Shown here in pieces: positions 1-8,230 of a stretch of 33,512 bases of DNA (positions are counted from its first letter, which is position 1; each line of letters begins with the position of its first letter). The notes under the pieces are model-generated. The model was not told the origin of the DNA, did not search any database, and was given only the letters and a program-made list of their open reading frames with translations. Origin of the DNA: a virus; the IMG/VR virus record IMGVR_UViG_3300027976_000003; one strand, written 5' to 3'. Position numbers and translations under genes: made by a program.

Positions 1-354
1 GGTGGTAATGCAACAGCACGTTCAGCAGCAGATCCTGCTGATGGTGAGTGGAGCACCGGATTCCTTGGTCCCGAATATTACGGTAATAGGGGTGGCGGAT
101 CCCAAGGTGGTAATGCAACAGCACGTTCAGCAGCAGATCCTGCTGATGGTGAGTGGAGCACCGGATTCCTTGGTCCCGAATATTACGGTAATAGGGGTGG
201 CGGATCCCAAGGTGGTAATGCAACAGCACGTTCAGCAGCAGATCCTGCTGATGGTGAGTGGAGCACCGGATTCCTTGGTCCCGAATATTACGGTAATAGG
301 GGTGGCGGATCCCAAGGTGGTAATGCAACAGCACGTTCAGCAGCAGATCCTGCT
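1..354 (+). repeat. Perfect 105-bp tandem repeat, 3 full units plus 39 nt. Identical to 33159..33512, so it is the contig-end overlap.
   Basis: The unit ggtggtaatgcaacagcacgttcagcagcagatcctgctgatggtgagtggagcaccggattccttggtcccgaatattacggtaataggggtggcggatcccaa restarts at 1, 106, 211 and 316. Sequence diverges at 355. In frame 1 each unit encodes GGNATARSAADPADGEWSTGFLGPEYYGNRGGGSQ. Confidence 0.95.
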
Positions 355-1578
355 ATGCTTGCACGTATGGGACTTACACAAGATCAATTCAATTCACTTA
401 CAGGTAGTATCAACTCCAATGCAGCAGCAGGTGGAGCAGGTATTAATCTGTCAGATTATTTAACTGGTTCAACTGCGCGTACATTAGGAACAGCAGATGT
501 TGCTACTGAAGCACAAAAGGGTAACTTGGCTGCACTTGCACAATTAACAGGGAATAACCCGCTTGCATTACAAGGTGGATATGGCGGATATGGAGCACAA
601 TTAAATTCAAGTTCCGCACAAGCTGCATTACAGCAAATGACTGCTAATGCTAATGCTAATAAAGCGTCAGAGGAACAGAAGCAAATATTGCAAAAGCAAT
701 TGGAAGCAATTCAAGCACAGAACCCAGGCAATACATATGACGGTAACTTAGGTGGTGGCGAGCAGGGTGGTGATGGTCCTAGCGGTGCAGATGGTGGTTA
801 CAGTGATGGTACTAATTATGGTAACGATTCAAGTAGTGCTGTGGGAACAACAAACACTGGCGTAACTATGGGACAAGCCAATAGTATTGGTAATATGATC
901 GCTGGAACACTCGGTGGACTAGCCGCAATGGGTATTAATGCAGCATTTGGAGCACAAGAAGGTCCAAGCGCAGATGCAGTAGAAGGTCCAAGCAGAGCAA
1001 GAAATCAAATGGATGCGCAAGCAATAGAGAACGAAGCCAACTTCCAAATGGGTGGAGGTGGTGCAGCAACAGGTGGACCAGATGGACCAGATGGACTTAA
1101 CCAAGGGCAAGGATTCGATGTCAATGATGATGGTGGTTACAGCAACCCAGGCTCCACCGCTGCCACAGCAGCTAGCCCAGATGGACCAGATGGACTTAAC
1201 CAAGGGCAAGGATTCGGTGGAGGTGGTGGTGGTGGTGATAAGATTATCTGCACTGCTATGAATGATATGTATGGTCTGCCATATAGAGAAAACAAAGTAT
1301 GGCTAAAATATTCGTCCACACACTTAACTACATCACATCAGAAAGGTTATCATAAAGTATTCCTGCCGCTGGTTAACTACGGATTCAAGGCAGGCGATGG
1401 TTGGACAAACAAAGTGGTTAGAAACTCACTAATATGGATTGGCAAGAACCGTACATCAGATATTCAAAACGAAGTAGCAGGTAAGAAACGTAATGTATTA
1501 CATAAGACACTTCGTGCTATTGCTGAACCAACGTTAGCACTTATCGGTAAAATGATCGCCGATAAGACTAATAAATAA
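1..1578 (+). CDS. 3' part of a wrap-around gene (continues 32301..33512). Large repeat-containing virion protein, probably internal/ejection type.
   Basis: Frame 1 is open from nt 1 and is the same frame as listed ORF 355..1578. The repeat units translate in frame. The protein is Gly/Asn/Gln/Ala-rich with PDGPDGLNQGQGF x2, a poly-Gly tract and a globular C-terminal ~100 aa. It sits in the virion-protein block. The listed ORF 2..463 is an out-of-frame shadow. Confidence 0.7.
   Translation, partial: GGNATARSAADPADGEWSTGFLGPEYYGNRGGGSQGGNATARSAADPADGEWSTGFLGPEYYGNRGGGSQGGNATARSAADPADGEWSTGFLGPEYYGNRGGGSQGGNATARSAADPAMLARMGLTQDQFNSLTGSINSNAAAGGAGINLSDYLTGSTARTLGTADVATEAQKGNLAALAQLTGNNPLALQGGYGGYGAQLNSSSAQAALQQMTANANANKASEEQKQILQKQLEAIQAQNPGNTYDGNLGGGEQGGDGPSGADGGYSDGTNYGNDSSSAVGTTNTGVTMGQANSIGNMIAGTLGGLAAMGINAAFGAQEGPSADAVEGPSRARNQMDAQAIENEANFQMGGGGAATGGPDGPDGLNQGQGFDVNDDGGYSNPGSTAATAASPDGPDGLNQGQGFGGGGGGGDKIICTAMNDMYGLPYRENKVWLKYSSTHLTTSHQKGYHKVFLPLVNYGFKAGDGWTNKVVRNSLIWIGKNRTSDIQNEVAGKKRNVLHKTLRAIAEPTLALIGKMIADKTNK
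1078..1216 (+). repeat. 40-bp direct repeat x2, offset 99 bp, in frame
   Basis: ccagatggaccagatggacttaaccaagggcaaggattcg occurs at 1078-1117 and 1177-1216 and encodes PDGPDGLNQGQGF twice. Confidence 0.9.
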
Positions 1579-1595
1579 TAAAAGGGAATAAGATT

Positions 1596-3074
1596 ATGGC
1601 ATGGACAGAAGACATTTATGGTAACCCGTTATGGCAGGATGACTATGGCGGGGACACTTCTGCTAATGGCAGTTGGGATAAGGCACAACCGCAATATGGC
1701 GGAGACACTTCTGCCAACGGCAGTTGGGATACGCCTCCAGCCGGCGCAACTCAAAAGGATGCGCAAGGTAATTGGTACGACGGCTTAGGTAATTTAATTC
1801 AACAAGCTGCTATTCCATTACTTGGTACACTTGCAACACCATGGCTTAACAACTTACAATCCGGCGGATTGCAGGATAAAGCAATTGAGATGCTTAAGGG
1901 CGGTGGCAATGTTATTGCTGGTGTAAATAGCCCAAATCTACAAGCACTTATTCCGCAACTAAGTTTGCAAGTAATGCAAGGCTTAATGACACCTGCTGAA
2001 GCACAGGCTGCATTGCAAGAAGCAAGTGGAATGAATAATGTAAACACAGACGCTGCAAGTTTGCAAGGTCAACGTGATGCATTATCTCGTTTAAGTCAAA
2101 TTGGCACAGATGGTGGAATGACGGATGCTGATCGTGCTGCACTTGCACAAACGATGAACCAAACAAGTGCTAAAACTGCACAAGACAGAGCAGCACAAAT
2201 TCAGCAAATGCAAATGCAAGGTAATGCAGGCACAGGGACTGAATTAGCAGCACGACTAAGCGGCGTACAAAGCGGTGCTAATGCAAATGCGATGGCTGGA
2301 GCACAAACTGCACAGTCTGCACAAGCACGAGCATTAGCAGCAATTCAAGCAGGAATGCAAGGTAACAGTGCGCTAAACACATCACAGTTTGACCAACAAG
2401 CAAGGAAGGCACAAGCACAGGATGCTGTAAATAATTTCAATGCTACTGCAAGAAACTCAATGAATCTTGCTAACCAGGGTGCGCAGCAAGCGGCTAACAT
2501 GGCCAACTTCAATACACGTAATACTATCGAAGGTACTAATACAGGTATTCGTAACCAGCAAGCTACAATGCCATTACAAGTTGCTAATCAGCAATTTGCA
2601 AATGACATGACCCGCGCTACAAATGCAAGTAAGGCACAAATTGGTGCGGGTTCTGCAATTGCTAAGATGGCCGGGGAGCAAATGGCTCGCAGCGGTAATG
2701 CAGCAGCAACAGCCCCGGCAGCAACTACAGGATCGAGCGGTAGCAACACTGCAAATACAATTGGCAAAGTTGTAGACATTGGTAGTAAGTTATGGGGTAT
2801 GTTCAGCGATGAACGTATGAAGACTGATAAGAGAGAACTTCAAGATGACGATGTAGATACAATGATGGCAAAGCTTACCGGCTATAAGTACAGATATCGT
2901 GGCAATGACCAAGAGCAACATGGTGTAATGGCACAAGATATGGAACATGGTATGAAGGATAGTGTTATTGATACCCCAGCCGGTAAAGTTATTCAACGCC
3001 CAGACGCGTTAAGTAATGCGCTTGCGGTACTTGCTAACCAGCATGATCGCATTAAAAAATTAGAAGGAAAATAA
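1596..3074 (+). CDS. Fibre/needle-like protein with a C-terminal peptidase S74 intramolecular-chaperone (auto-cleaving) domain
   Basis: SD aaggga lies upstream of the ATG. The body is Q/A/N-rich low-complexity sequence with YGGDTSANGSWD x2 at the N-terminus. The C-terminus from S404 (nt 2805) reads SDERMKTDK...GVMAQDMEH...LAVLANQHDRIKKLEGK. This matches the SDxRxK start and the G-h-h-AQ-E and L-x-x-L coiled tail of the S74 chaperone domain. Confidence 0.8.
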   Translation: MAWTEDIYGNPLWQDDYGGDTSANGSWDKAQPQYGGDTSANGSWDTPPAGATQKDAQGNWYDGLGNLIQQAAIPLLGTLATPWLNNLQSGGLQDKAIEMLKGGGNVIAGVNSPNLQALIPQLSLQVMQGLMTPAEAQAALQEASGMNNVNTDAASLQGQRDALSRLSQIGTDGGMTDADRAALAQTMNQTSAKTAQDRAAQIQQMQMQGNAGTGTELAARLSGVQSGANANAMAGAQTAQSAQARALAAIQAGMQGNSALNTSQFDQQARKAQAQDAVNNFNATARNSMNLANQGAQQAANMANFNTRNTIEGTNTGIRNQQATMPLQVANQQFANDMTRATNASKAQIGAGSAIAKMAGEQMARSGNAAATAPAATTGSSGSNTANTIGKVVDIGSKLWGMFSDERMKTDKRELQDDDVDTMMAKLTGYKYRYRGNDQEQHGVMAQDMEHGMKDSVIDTPAGKVIQRPDALSNALAVLANQHDRIKKLEGK

Positions 3075-3075
3075 G

Positions 3076-5058
3076 ATGGCACAAATTTCAGGAATGGCTT
3101 ATAAGGCTATTAAAAACGCTCGACCAGACTTGGACGACAATGCGATTATATCAGGATGGGATAAAGTTGTAGAATCCGCACCAGGATTGGCACAGATGGA
3201 CCCATCACAAGTAGCACAAATTATCCTTAAAACTCTGCCAAGTAAAATGCCAACTAATATGCAAAGTGCATATGAAGGCACTACTATGCAGCAAAGAAAT
3301 CCTAATGCTCCTGCAAGTACATTAATGAATCAGTTCGACCCAGGACAAATAGATGCTGCAAATGCTGATTATGCGCAGCGATATGGTGAAACAGCGATGC
3401 GACGCGGGATGGGCAACTTTATGCAAGCAGCCGGCGGTGGTGATCCATCCAAGACTAAGGGCGGGTGGGACGACTTGGATGCTTACAATAAGTTAATGAG
3501 CATCGATGCACAAAAGGCTAAACAAACACAAGCAACAGCAGGTATTACAGCAGCCGGGCAAGTTAAGGAACAAAACAAGACAACAGCAGAGTTTCCAGTA
3601 ACTCAGGGTAAGAGTATCGAGGAACTAAAGCAAGCAGGTCAAAAGACTGAAGGTGACCAAGTAGACTTAGACTTTAAGAAACGTCTATACGACGCAAATT
3701 CAATTGAGTCTAAAATGGCACGTTTACAACTTAAGACACAGGCAGCAGCTTCAAACACTCCATTACCACCAGATGTAGAGCTAAACAAAATGAGTGTGCA
3801 GGCTATGTTCCCTTACATGACTAAGGAAATGCAAGCTGCATACGGCAAATACTTAGGTAATGTTGTTGACCGGTCTAAGGCTACAGAAGCGCAAGCTATT
3901 ACTAAGGCTATTGTTAAGGATGCTCCACCTGTACCACAGTATGGCTCACAACCTACACCGCAAGCTGTAGCACCTGCTAATGTTGCTCCAATTGCTAATG
4001 CTGGAGGTGGTCGTGGTAATGTTAATCCGCAAACTGTTAAGCAACGTAGCATTAACCCATCTAACCCGATGGCACTTACAAATGGTGGCAGTCAGTACGG
4101 CTTTCAACAGTTCGAAACTGTTGAGCAGGGCATTGCTGCGGGTAAAGCAAACTTAGTTAAAAACTATAACGGGCTTACACTTGCACAGGCAGTACAGAAA
4201 TATGCTCCTGCAAGTGAAAACAACACCGAGGCATATATTAAGCATTTATCGCAACGTACAGGTATTGCACCCGACCAAAAGTTAGACTTTAGCAACAAAG
4301 AAGTGTTGGATAAAGTTGCAGCAGCAATTATCATACACGAAGGTGTTGGTGGTCGTGAAACTGCGATGCGTAATTCAGCAATTGCCGCAGGTAATATTAA
4401 GCAAACCCAGTCAGTGGGACCAACACTTAATGCAGACGGGCAAGAACGTTTAAGCAGAGCAAATATTACAAGTGCAAGTGGTCAAACACTTCCTGCTAAT
4501 CCTACACGAGAAATAGAATTGCGTGACCAAGCAGTTAAACAACTTGCTAATAAGGAAAATGAAATTAACTACAATGCTGTAGTTAAGCCATATATGAACG
4601 ATATTCGTACAATGCTTAATAATGATGCATACACGGGTAAAACTTCCGCTGCTATGGCACAATTCATTCCAGGGGCTCAGCAGGCAATTATCATTAGCAA
4701 GTTAAGTAAGATTAATGCAGCGTATCCAAATGTATTGCCAGAAGCACTTGCCAGAGACATTGCAGCAAGTCAAAAAGCAGGTGGATTTAGTGGTGCATTA
4801 ATAAGTTCGCTAACTGGTCCACAACTTGTTACTATGTTAGATGCTATCGAGCGTGATGTACAAAGTTCAATTAAAGTACGTAAGGATGTTGCTGAACAAA
4901 GCCGTGCTGGTGTAAATCCAAGTCAAACAGTTACACCGCAAACTCCTACAGTGCAAAGTAAAGGTAGTGTTCCAACTATAACTACACGTGAAGCGTATGA
5001 TGCATTACCTAAAGGTTCGCAATATATAAGAGACGGCGTTACAAAAATTAAGGGATAA
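3076..5058 (+). CDS. Large virion protein (internal/ejection-protein candidate); possible cell-wall-active central segment
   Basis: 660-aa ORF with SD gaagga, tightly packed after the previous gene. The central segment GGSQYGFQQFETVEQGIAAGKANLVKNYNGLTLAQAVQKYAPASENNTEAYIKHL...IIIHEGVGG resembles virion-associated peptidoglycan-hydrolase-type domains from memory only. Confidence 0.45.
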   Translation: MAQISGMAYKAIKNARPDLDDNAIISGWDKVVESAPGLAQMDPSQVAQIILKTLPSKMPTNMQSAYEGTTMQQRNPNAPASTLMNQFDPGQIDAANADYAQRYGETAMRRGMGNFMQAAGGGDPSKTKGGWDDLDAYNKLMSIDAQKAKQTQATAGITAAGQVKEQNKTTAEFPVTQGKSIEELKQAGQKTEGDQVDLDFKKRLYDANSIESKMARLQLKTQAAASNTPLPPDVELNKMSVQAMFPYMTKEMQAAYGKYLGNVVDRSKATEAQAITKAIVKDAPPVPQYGSQPTPQAVAPANVAPIANAGGGRGNVNPQTVKQRSINPSNPMALTNGGSQYGFQQFETVEQGIAAGKANLVKNYNGLTLAQAVQKYAPASENNTEAYIKHLSQRTGIAPDQKLDFSNKEVLDKVAAAIIIHEGVGGRETAMRNSAIAAGNIKQTQSVGPTLNADGQERLSRANITSASGQTLPANPTREIELRDQAVKQLANKENEINYNAVVKPYMNDIRTMLNNDAYTGKTSAAMAQFIPGAQQAIIISKLSKINAAYPNVLPEALARDIAASQKAGGFSGALISSLTGPQLVTMLDAIERDVQSSIKVRKDVAEQSRAGVNPSQTVTPQTPTVQSKGSVPTITTREAYDALPKGSQYIRDGVTKIKG

Positions 5059-5060
5059 TT

Positions 5061-6533
5061 ATGGCAGATAATAATTGGGGTAAAGATGATGAAGTTGTCG
5101 ACAATTGGGGTGCAAATGACCAAGTTGTAGGCCAAACAAACCCTATAATGACTGGCTTGCGTGCAGTACAAGACTCAGCTATGCTTGGATTTGATGATGA
5201 AGTCCGTGGTGCTATGAGTGCATTAAACCCTTTCGGTGACGGTAATATGGGTGATCGTTATACTAAAGCACGAGACCAAGCACGGGCACAAAAGGGTGAA
5301 TTTGCCAGAGACAATCCGCTTAGTTGGGGAACTGGCCAAGTTGCTGGTGCTTTTACTCCTGCAAGTGCATTAGCAAAAGGCACAAATGCACTAACTAAGG
5401 GCGTAACAAACATAGGAAGCCGTATTGCTGAATCAGCACTTGTTGGTGGATTAATGGGCAGTGGACAAGGTGCCGGCAGTGCCGAAACTGTTCAAGACGT
5501 ACCACGTGCTGCTAACATAGGTGGTGTTACTGGTGCAGCAGTTGGCGGTGCAGTTCCTGTTGTTGCTGCTGGCGGTGGTAAAGTAACTCAATTCCCTAAA
5601 GTAAAAGAATTTCTACAAAACTACAAAGACCTTGCACCTACTGTAACTGGTAAACTTGGTCCCGTAACAGTTGGTGGATTAGGTGGAGCTATTAGCCCTT
5701 CAGTTAGTGGTGCTATGGGTGGACCCGGCATTACACCCGAGGATTGGAGAACTGACCCATATAGTTCAGCAATGATTTCTGCAGCTGGTGGTTTAACCGG
5801 TATGGGAGCGGGTAAAGGAATTCAAATGATGGGCCGTGCTGGTGGAGCATTAGAACAAACAATGCGTGGCAAGCCAAGCGGTGGTCCCTCATTAAGTTCA
5901 ACGACACCTCCAACACCTCCAGTAACACCAAGTGCTACTACACCTAAGGAATCAATTATTCCAAGTGGTCCTGCTAATCCTAACTACGAATATACAATTA
6001 ACAAAAGTGGTTCAGTTATGCCGCAGCGTAAGCCTGTTGCTCCAACACCAGAGCCAGCAGTTGCTCCTACACAACCAACACCACAAACATGGCCAGAACG
6101 TGCTCCAATGGGGTCAGCAAAGGAATCTGCTGCATTTGACCAAATGGCAAATTACTTAACAAAGGCACGTGGTGCAAGTAATCCAGCAGTTAAGCAAACT
6201 GCTCAACAAATGGAACAAGCAACGGCAAGCGGTGGTGAAAATGCTCAACGTGTTGCTGCAATGAATGCAACTTCAACTCCTACTGGCCGTGCTGTAAGTA
6301 ATACTGAAAGTGTTGTTAGAGAAGCAACTGAAACTGCATTACCAACTGCACGTTATGAAGGTGGTAAGATGATTAGTACACGTACTGGTCAGTCCAATAA
6401 TCCAAATGTAATGGGTATGGTCGACGATGGTTACACCGGACCACAGTCTAGGTCGTCCAACGAATCAATGGACGATTTAGCAAAAGCATTAAAAGATCCT
6501 AAAGGGTATAAAAAGGACGTGGCGCCTGGATAA
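5061..6533 (+). CDS. Gly/Ala/Pro/Thr-rich virion protein with glycine-zipper-like hydrophobic segments (ejection/pore candidate)
   Basis: 490-aa ORF with SD aaggga. N-terminal DNWG x2. Segments IGGVTGAAVGGAVPVVAAGGG, VGGLGGAISPSVSGAMGG and AAGGLTGMGAGKG. A Pro/Thr-rich linker. It is the last large gene of the rightward virion block. Confidence 0.45.
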   Translation: MADNNWGKDDEVVDNWGANDQVVGQTNPIMTGLRAVQDSAMLGFDDEVRGAMSALNPFGDGNMGDRYTKARDQARAQKGEFARDNPLSWGTGQVAGAFTPASALAKGTNALTKGVTNIGSRIAESALVGGLMGSGQGAGSAETVQDVPRAANIGGVTGAAVGGAVPVVAAGGGKVTQFPKVKEFLQNYKDLAPTVTGKLGPVTVGGLGGAISPSVSGAMGGPGITPEDWRTDPYSSAMISAAGGLTGMGAGKGIQMMGRAGGALEQTMRGKPSGGPSLSSTTPPTPPVTPSATTPKESIIPSGPANPNYEYTINKSGSVMPQRKPVAPTPEPAVAPTQPTPQTWPERAPMGSAKESAAFDQMANYLTKARGASNPAVKQTAQQMEQATASGGENAQRVAAMNATSTPTGRAVSNTESVVREATETALPTARYEGGKMISTRTGQSNNPNVMGMVDDGYTGPQSRSSNESMDDLAKALKDPKGYKKDVAPG

Positions 6534-6614
6534 AGTGGATTGGACAAAATAAACCGCTTTACAAACCGCTAAACAGGCGTTATAGTAGAAGCATATACAC
6601 ACACAAAGGACTAT

Positions 6615-6785
6615 ATGTTGTTTATGATACTTTTTATATTAGGAATGATTGCTGTAATATCCCTTTTCGGATGGGTATTATTGCGATACGGCTTTTTTGC
6701 CGGAGTGATTTTTATTGTACTACTGCTTGGCGGCCCGAGTTTTGTTGCAGTTGGGAGCCACATCGCGAAATACGGACATATTTAA
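6615..6785 (+). CDS. Small 56-aa two-TM membrane protein, below the ORF-track cutoff; holin or exclusion candidate
   Basis: My translation is MLFMILFILGMIAVISLFGWVLLRYGFFAGVIFIVLLLGGPSFVAVGSHIAKYGHI. SD aaagga sits 4 nt upstream of the ATG at 6615. There are two hydrophobic stretches separated by RYG. Its stop overlaps the stop of the convergent gene (TTAA at 6782-6785). Confidence 0.45.
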   Translation: MLFMILFILGMIAVISLFGWVLLRYGFFAGVIFIVLLLGGPSFVAVGSHIAKYGHI

Positions 6786-7147
6786 GCTGAACGTGCATTA
6801 TTTGTTCGTGTAAGCAATTCCACGAACATTGTGCATACCAATTCCGTACTTCCTACCTCACTACGCACAGCATATAGGAATATCCAATTTCCGTAACTGT
6901 CAACTATAAACGCAACGCTGCGGGGTATGTAGGATTCGCTATATTCAAGCGAAATTCTACGCCTAATAGTGTCCGTGGGTAGTAGTGTACTTATGAACGG
7001 AACTACTGTAGTCTTTATAAGCATTTTACCCGCAAACACCTTATCGATATGTGCTGCAACAAGTGATTCATCTATACGTGCGATTAGGTCAAGTTGCTTA
7101 TCTGCAAGTTCTTGCTGTACGTAGTTTGTTTTCTTAAATGGCCACAT
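6782..7147 (-). CDS. Hypothetical protein, last gene of the leftward operon
   Basis: 121-aa ORF. ATG at 7147 with ggag upstream. Co-oriented with four upstream genes. Confidence 0.6.
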   Translation of the reverse strand: MWPFKKTNYVQQELADKQLDLIARIDESLVAAHIDKVFAGKMLIKTTVVPFISTLLPTDTIRRRISLEYSESYIPRSVAFIVDSYGNWIFLYAVRSEVGSTELVCTMFVELLTRTNNARSA

Positions 7148-7177
7148 TATACTTTACTCCAATTGATTTCGTTCATT

Positions 7178-7516
7178 TTATTCTCCTAATGTGTTTTGAT
7201 AATCAGCCCAACGCATGATTACCAACGGCTCTTTATATGGAGCCTTTACTATCAGTATCGGTGTCTTACCTTTACTGTTCTTTACGCATTGTTCCATATC
7301 TTTATAAGCATGACCATAACTTCGTTGGTTTTTACATTCCACTGAAATGTTTAGCATGGCTTCCAGTTCAGCACTGAATTGCAAATCTTCCCCATGAGCA
7401 CTAGATTTCGGCACTATGACACAATCTGCTGGCAACTCAGAAAACACTTCGCGAATTTTATCTGCCACCCATTCGCATAACTGTGTTCCTTTGGCTCTCT
7501 TAGCGGACGGAGTCAT
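7178..7516 (-). CDS. Small PD-(D/E)XK-fold nuclease (VRR-NUC/Hjc-like; possible junction resolvase)
   Basis: 112 aa. The stretch AHGEDLQF...NISVECK has the G-x-D ... h-h-E-x-K arrangement, with an upstream acidic residue in LCEWVADKI. An ATGA start/stop overlap links it to the upstream gene. Confidence 0.5.
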   Translation of the reverse strand: MTPSAKRAKGTQLCEWVADKIREVFSELPADCVIVPKSSAHGEDLQFSAELEAMLNISVECKNQRSYGHAYKDMEQCVKNSKGKTPILIVKAPYKEPLVIMRWADYQNTLGE

Positions 7517-7806
7517 CCCAACTCCAATCCCAACAATGCGCGAATAGCTAAGTATTCATTCCAAGCATTGCGAAGTGATTCGTGTTGTTGCATTTCATAG
7601 CGTGTAGGACCAGATAATACTTCGCTCATCAGTTTCTGTTCATACTTTCTTTTAAGTATGCGCAGTTCGTTTTCTTTTTGTAGAATAGATGACTGTAAGT
7701 CTTGTGCTGATGGTGAGTGGGTGTATGGAACATTCGTTATTCCTTGGTGAATGTATTTGTCTAAGTCTAAGTCCATTCCCTTCCTATAGTCGTCTCTGGT
7801 GGCCAT
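7513..7806 (-). CDS. Hypothetical protein
   Basis: 97-aa ORF with a strong SD (aggag) 6 nt upstream of the ATG at 7806. Confidence 0.6.
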   Translation of the reverse strand: MATRDDYRKGMDLDLDKYIHQGITNVPYTHSPSAQDLQSSILQKENELRILKRKYEQKLMSEVLSGPTRYEMQQHESLRNAWNEYLAIRALLGLELG

Positions 7807-7807
7807 A

Positions 7808-8230
7808 TTATTCTCCTAAGTAAAAATATTCGGTATTACTACGCTTTAGTTTATGACAAATTGCTGCACTTGTCACGCCTTCAAATTTTGCAGCGGCGGT
7901 AACACTCAGAAACTCTCCGTGCGGGGTCTTAACTGGTCGGATGATTTTCTTATATGTGTATGAAAAGTATTCACGGCAATCAAATGGCTGTTTGCCCCTA
8001 TTGCTTTCTATGTCTCGTAGTTTTCCAATTTCGCGTTGATGTGCTCCTTTTTGGCATCTATGTTTTATCAAAGAGGGTGTAATGCCGTGTGCTGTAGCAG
8101 CATCTTCGTACCCCAAAAACTCACCTAATGCAGTTTTCACACGAACTTTATACGGGTTTGAGTTTCTTGCTTGTAGCTTCGATTCATCACTTACCACGAA
8201 TCCTGGTTTTCTTCCTGGTTTCTTATTCAT
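7808..8230 (-). CDS. DNA-binding protein with an N-terminal basic/AT-hook-like tract and two NUMOD1-like HTH modules
   Basis: KKPGRKPG at the N-terminus. TALGEFLGYEDAATAHGITPSLIKHRC and TPHGEFLSVTAAAKFEGVTSAAICHKLK repeat the G-x-F-x-S-x-x-x-AA-x-x-x-G-h-(T/S)-x-x-x-I pattern. This pattern is typical of the DNA-binding modules of GIY-YIG/HNH homing endonucleases, but no nuclease domain is present. Confidence 0.55.
   Translation of the reverse strand: MNKKPGRKPGFVVSDESKLQARNSNPYKVRVKTALGEFLGYEDAATAHGITPSLIKHRCQKGAHQREIGKLRDIESNRGKQPFDCREYFSYTYKKIIRPVKTPHGEFLSVTAAAKFEGVTSAAICHKLKRSNTEYFYLGE

Noticed and set aside
1-354. The terminal 354-nt identity as genuine phage direct terminal repeats (T7/phiKMV-style DTR)
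   Set aside because: The duplicated segment is coding, in frame on both sides, and consists entirely of an internal tandem repeat. A circular-assembly overlap or a break within a repeat array explains it better. This cannot be fully excluded without read-end data.
2-463. Listed 153-aa ORF (MVMQQHVQQQILLMVSG... repeated) across the 105-bp repeats
   Set aside because: It is the +2 frame of the tandem repeat. Frame 1 is continuous with both the upstream gene (32301..33512) and the downstream ORF 355..1578, so this ORF is a repeat-generated shadow.
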